64,000 bases of DNA from Squalus acanthias (lineage: Eukaryota): assembly GCA_030390025.1 (NCBI GenBank), contig CM059431.1, positions 153,080,001 through 153,144,000 of the forward strand. Reading direction: 5' to 3'. Position 1 is the stretch's first letter; every line of letters begins with the position of its first letter. Below the pieces are notes generated by a model, which was not told the origin of the DNA, made no database searches, and worked only from the letters and a program-made list of their open reading frames with translations. The position numbers and the translations under genes were made by a program. This document shows positions 60,337 through 64,000 of the stretch, piece by piece.

Positions 60337-61965
60337 GAGAGCGGGACAGTGGGATTAGTTTGGGATTGTTACAGGGCTATGGGGAGAGAGCGGGGCAGTG
60401 GGATTAGTTTGGGATTGTTACAGGGCTATGGGGAGAGAGCGGGGCAGTGGGATTAGTTTAGGATTGTTACAGGGCTCCGGGGAGAGAGTGGGATTAGTTT
60501 GGGATTGTTACTGGGCTATGGGGAGAGAGCGGGGCAGTGGGATTAGTTTGGGATTGTTACAGGGCTATGGGGAGAGAGCGGGGCAGTGAGATTAGTTTAG
60601 GATTGTTACAGGGCAATGGGGAGAGAGCGGGGCAGTGGGATTAGTTTAGGATTGTTACAGGGCTATGGGGAGAGAGCGGGGCAGTGGGATTAGTTTAGGA
60701 TTGTTACAGGGCTCCGGGGAGAGAGTGGGATTAGTTTGGGATTGTTACTGGGCTATGGGGAGAGAGCGGGGCAGTGGGATTAGTTTGGGATTGTTACAGG
60801 GCTATGGGGAGAGAGCGGGGCAGTGAGATTAGTTTAGGATTGTTACAGGGCAATGGGGAGAGAGCGGGGCAGTGGGATTAGTTTAGGATTGTTACAGGGC
60901 TACGGGGAGAGAGCGGGGCAGTGGGATTAGTTTGGGATTCTTACAGGACTAAGGGGAGAGAGCAGGCAGTGGGATTAGTTTGGGATTGTTACAGGGCTAC
61001 GGGGAGAGAGCGGGACAGTCGGATTAGTTTGGGATTGTTACAGGGCTACGGGGAGAGAGCGGGACAGTGGGATTAGTTTGGGATTGTTACAGGGCTACAG
61101 GGAGAGAGCGGGGCAGTGGGATTAGTTTGGGATTGATACAGAGCTATGTGGAGAGAGCGGGGCAGTGGGGTTAGTTTAGAATTGTTACAGGGCTATGGGG
61201 AGAGAGCGGGGCAGTGGGATTAGTTTAGGATTGATGCAGGGCTAAGGGGAGAGCGCGGGCCAGTGGGATTAGTTTTGGATTGTTACAGGACTATGGGGAG
61301 AGAGCCGGGCAGTGGGATTAGTTTGTGATTGATACAGGACTATGGGGAGAGAGCGGGCAGTGGGATTAGTTTAGGATTGTTACAGGGCTATGGGGAGAGA
61401 GCGGGGCAGTGGGATTAGTTTGGGATTGATACAGGACTACGGGGAGAGAGTGGGACAGTGGGATTAGTTTGTGATTGATAATGGGGCTTTGGGGGAGAGA
61501 GCCTGTCAATGGGATTAGTTTGGGATTGATACAGGACTATGGGGAAAGCGCGGGACAGTGGGATTAGTTTGGGATTGATTCAGGACTATGGGGAGAGAGC
61601 GGGACAGTGGGATTAGTTTGGGATTGGTACAGGGTTATGGGGAGAGAGCGGGTCAGTGGTATTAGTTTGGGATTGATACAGGGTTAAGGGGAGAGAGCGG
61701 GGCAGTGGGATTAGTTTGGGATTGATACAGGACTAGGGGCAGAGAGCGGGTCAGTGGTATTAGTTTGGGATTGATACAGGACTATGGGGAGAGAGCAGGA
61801 CAGTGGGATTAGTTTGGGATTGGTATAGGGTTAAGGGGAGAGAGCGGGGCAGTGGGATTAGTTTGGGATTGATACAGGGTTAAGGGGAGAGAGCGGGGCA
61901 GTGGGATTAGTTTGGGATTGATACAGGACTACGGGGAGAGAGCGGGACAGTGAGATTAGTTTGGA
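60337..61965. repeat. ~49-bp minisatellite, ~33 copies, derived from the CR1 3' end
   Basis: gggattagtttgggattgttacagggctatggggagagagcggggcagt resembles CR1 tgcagggctacggggaaagggcgggggagtgggac (~25340) and runs on into the CR1 tail gggccaaatggcctc. Confidence 0.88.
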
Positions 61966-62214
61966 ATTGCTCCAGAATGTAACCAATCGTGCCGTGCTGG
62001 GCCAAATGGCCTCTGCTGTAACTGTGCGGTTGCATAAAAATCAATCTGGGTGACGCTGAGATCGAGGACCCTGCTGCTAATTCTGGTGTATAGTTTTGGG
62101 GGTAGATTATCAGGATTAAAAAGTCCATTGGATACCGAACCCAGTGACTACAAATTCAGTCGTATTTCACAGTGCTATCTGGGATTGAATTTAACCCTTT
62201 TAGCCCTGGTATCA

Positions 62215-63590
62215 TTCTAAGGACAGGTTGCATGGACTCGGCTTGTAATCCCCTGAATGAAGATTAAGGGGCCATCTAATTGAAGTGTTTCTGATGGTTA
62301 AAAGAGTTGATAGGATAGATAGAGAGCAACTGTTTCCACTGGTGGGGGGAGTCCAGAACAAGGGGGCTTAACCTCAAAATCAGAGCCAGGCCGTTCAGGG
62401 GTGATGTCAGGAAGCATCTCTTCATTCAAAGGGTAGTGGAAATCTGGAACTCTTTCTCTCTCTTTCCCCCCCACCCAAAAAAAAAGCTGTTGAGGCTGGG
62501 GGTCAATTGAAAATTTCTAAACTGAGGTGGATACATTTTTGTTAGGCAGGGGTATTAAGGGTTACAGAACCAAAGCGCATAAATGAAGTTGAGGTACAGA
62601 CCAGCCACAATCTAATTGAATGGCGGAACAGGCTCTCGGAGCTGAACGGCCTCCTCCTGTTCCTGTGTAACAGGCTCTCTGAGCTGAATGGCCTCCTCCT
62701 GTTCCTGTGTAACAGGCTCGAGGGGCTGAACGGCCTCCTCCTGTTCCTGTGTAACAGGTTCGAGGGGCTGAATGGCCTCCTCCTGTTCCTGTGTAACAGG
62801 TTCGAGGGGCTGAATGGCCTCCTCCTGTTCCTGTTTAACAGGCTCGAGGGGTTAAACAGCCTCCTCCTGTTCCTGTGTAACAGGCTCGAGGGGCTGAATG
62901 GCCTCCCTGTTCCTGTGTAACAGGCTCGAGGGGCTGAATGGCCTCCTCCTGTTCCTATGTAACAGGCTCGAGAGGTTAAATTGCCTCCTCCTGTTCCTGT
63001 GTAACAGGCTCGAGGGGCTGAATGGGCCTCCTCCTGTTCCTGTGTAACAGGCTCGAGGGGCTGAATGGGCCTCCTCCTGTTCCTGTGTAACAGGCTCGAG
63101 GGGCTGAATGGGCCTCCTCCTGTTCCTGTGTAACAGGCTCGAGGGGCTGAATGGGCCTCCTCCTGTTCCTGTGTAACAGGCTCGAGGGGCTGAATGGCCT
63201 CCTCCTGTTCCTGTGCAACAGGCTCGAGGGGCTGAATGGCCTCCTCCTGTTCCTGTGTAACAGGCTCGAGGGGCTGAATGGCCTCCTCCTGTTCCTGTGT
63301 AACAGGCTCGAGGGGCTGAATGGCCTCCTCCTGTTCCTGTGTAACAGGCTCGAGGGGCTGAATGGGCCTCCTCCTGTTCCTGTGTAACAGGCTCGAGGGG
63401 CTGAATGGCCTCCTCCTGTTCCTGTGCAACAGGCTCGAGGGGCTGAATGGCCTCCTCCTGTTCCTGTGTAACAGGCTCGAGGGGCTGAATGGCCTCCTCC
63501 TGTTCCTGTGTAACAGGCTCGAGGGGCTGAATGGCCTCCTCCTGTTCCTGTGTAACAGGCTCGAGGGGTTAAATGGCCGCCTCCTGTGTT
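62215..63590 (+). repeat. CR1 3' fragment whose terminal 42 bp is tandemly amplified ~23 times (62625-63590)
   Basis: Unit aacaggctcgaggggctgaatggcctcctcctgttcctgtgt matches the CR1 terminus seen as a single copy at ~44400. Confidence 0.92.
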
Positions 63591-63648
63591 CCGAGGATAC
63601 TTGAACTGACCAGTACTTACCGTCGCGCTCTTGTTTTTGTGCTAACAG

Positions 63649-63744
63649 AGTGGGGAAATCGACATCATCAACAAGAGGACAGGGGACCGGTGCCACCTAA
63701 AGTTTGCACCTTACAGCTATTTCTCCCGGGACGTGGCACGGAAG
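63649..63744 (+). pseudogene. OSBP: OSBP exon (frame intact)
   Basis: taacag|SGEIDIINKRTGDRCHLKFAPYSYFSRDVARK|gtaggt; 96 nt; SRDVARK matches OSBP rather than OSBP2. Confidence 0.92.
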
Positions 63745-64000
63745 GTAGGTTCCCCACTCACACTCACCCGTTATCCACACCTTCGCCCCCAGCCCCGTGC
63801 TCGCTGACCGGCATTGACTCTCGGTCACCCTGCCCAATTTCCATTCCTGTGTTCAAACCCCTCCATGGCTTCACCCCTTCCCGATCTCTCTAACCTCCTC
63901 GAGCCCTACAACCCTCAGATATCTGCGTTCCTCCAATTCTGGCCGCTTGCACATTCCACCCCCCCCCCCCCACCCACGATTTCAATCGCTCCTTCATTGG

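Noticed and set aside
62542..63696. 384-aa minus-strand ORF (EPVTQEQEEAIQPL repeats)
   Set aside because: Translation of the 42-bp CR1-tail array.

Overview
This is eukaryotic DNA, most likely from a shark or other cartilaginous fish, inferred from SacSINE1/DeuSINE-type and HE1/V-SINE-type SINEs and abundant CR1. It is GC-rich and almost entirely repetitive. Most ORFs in the track are artefacts of tandem repeats or LINE debris. Repeat content: many CR1, L2, RTE, Tx1 and Penelope fragments, Harbinger-type DNA elements, and about 15 minisatellite arrays, many grown from internal pieces of transposons. One Harbinger element has TIRs, a 3-bp TSD and a spliced Myb/SANT gene. Host-gene content: (1) a CpG-island promoter built from repeated GC-box, PBX-PREP decamer and RFX X-box modules, followed by a first exon at 36374-36570; (2) an unidentified GC-rich exon at 54148-54522; (3) three spliced OSBP exons (57958-63744), the first carrying a 4-nt deletion and a TGA stop. 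Splice phases suggest these pieces could form a chimeric or decaying duplicate gene. Also present are two minimal hammerhead-ribozyme motifs in Penelope termini and an intron-containing tRNA-Arg(TCG)-like gene with a TTG anticodon. Repeat boundaries are approximate, and family names come from recall, not database searches.
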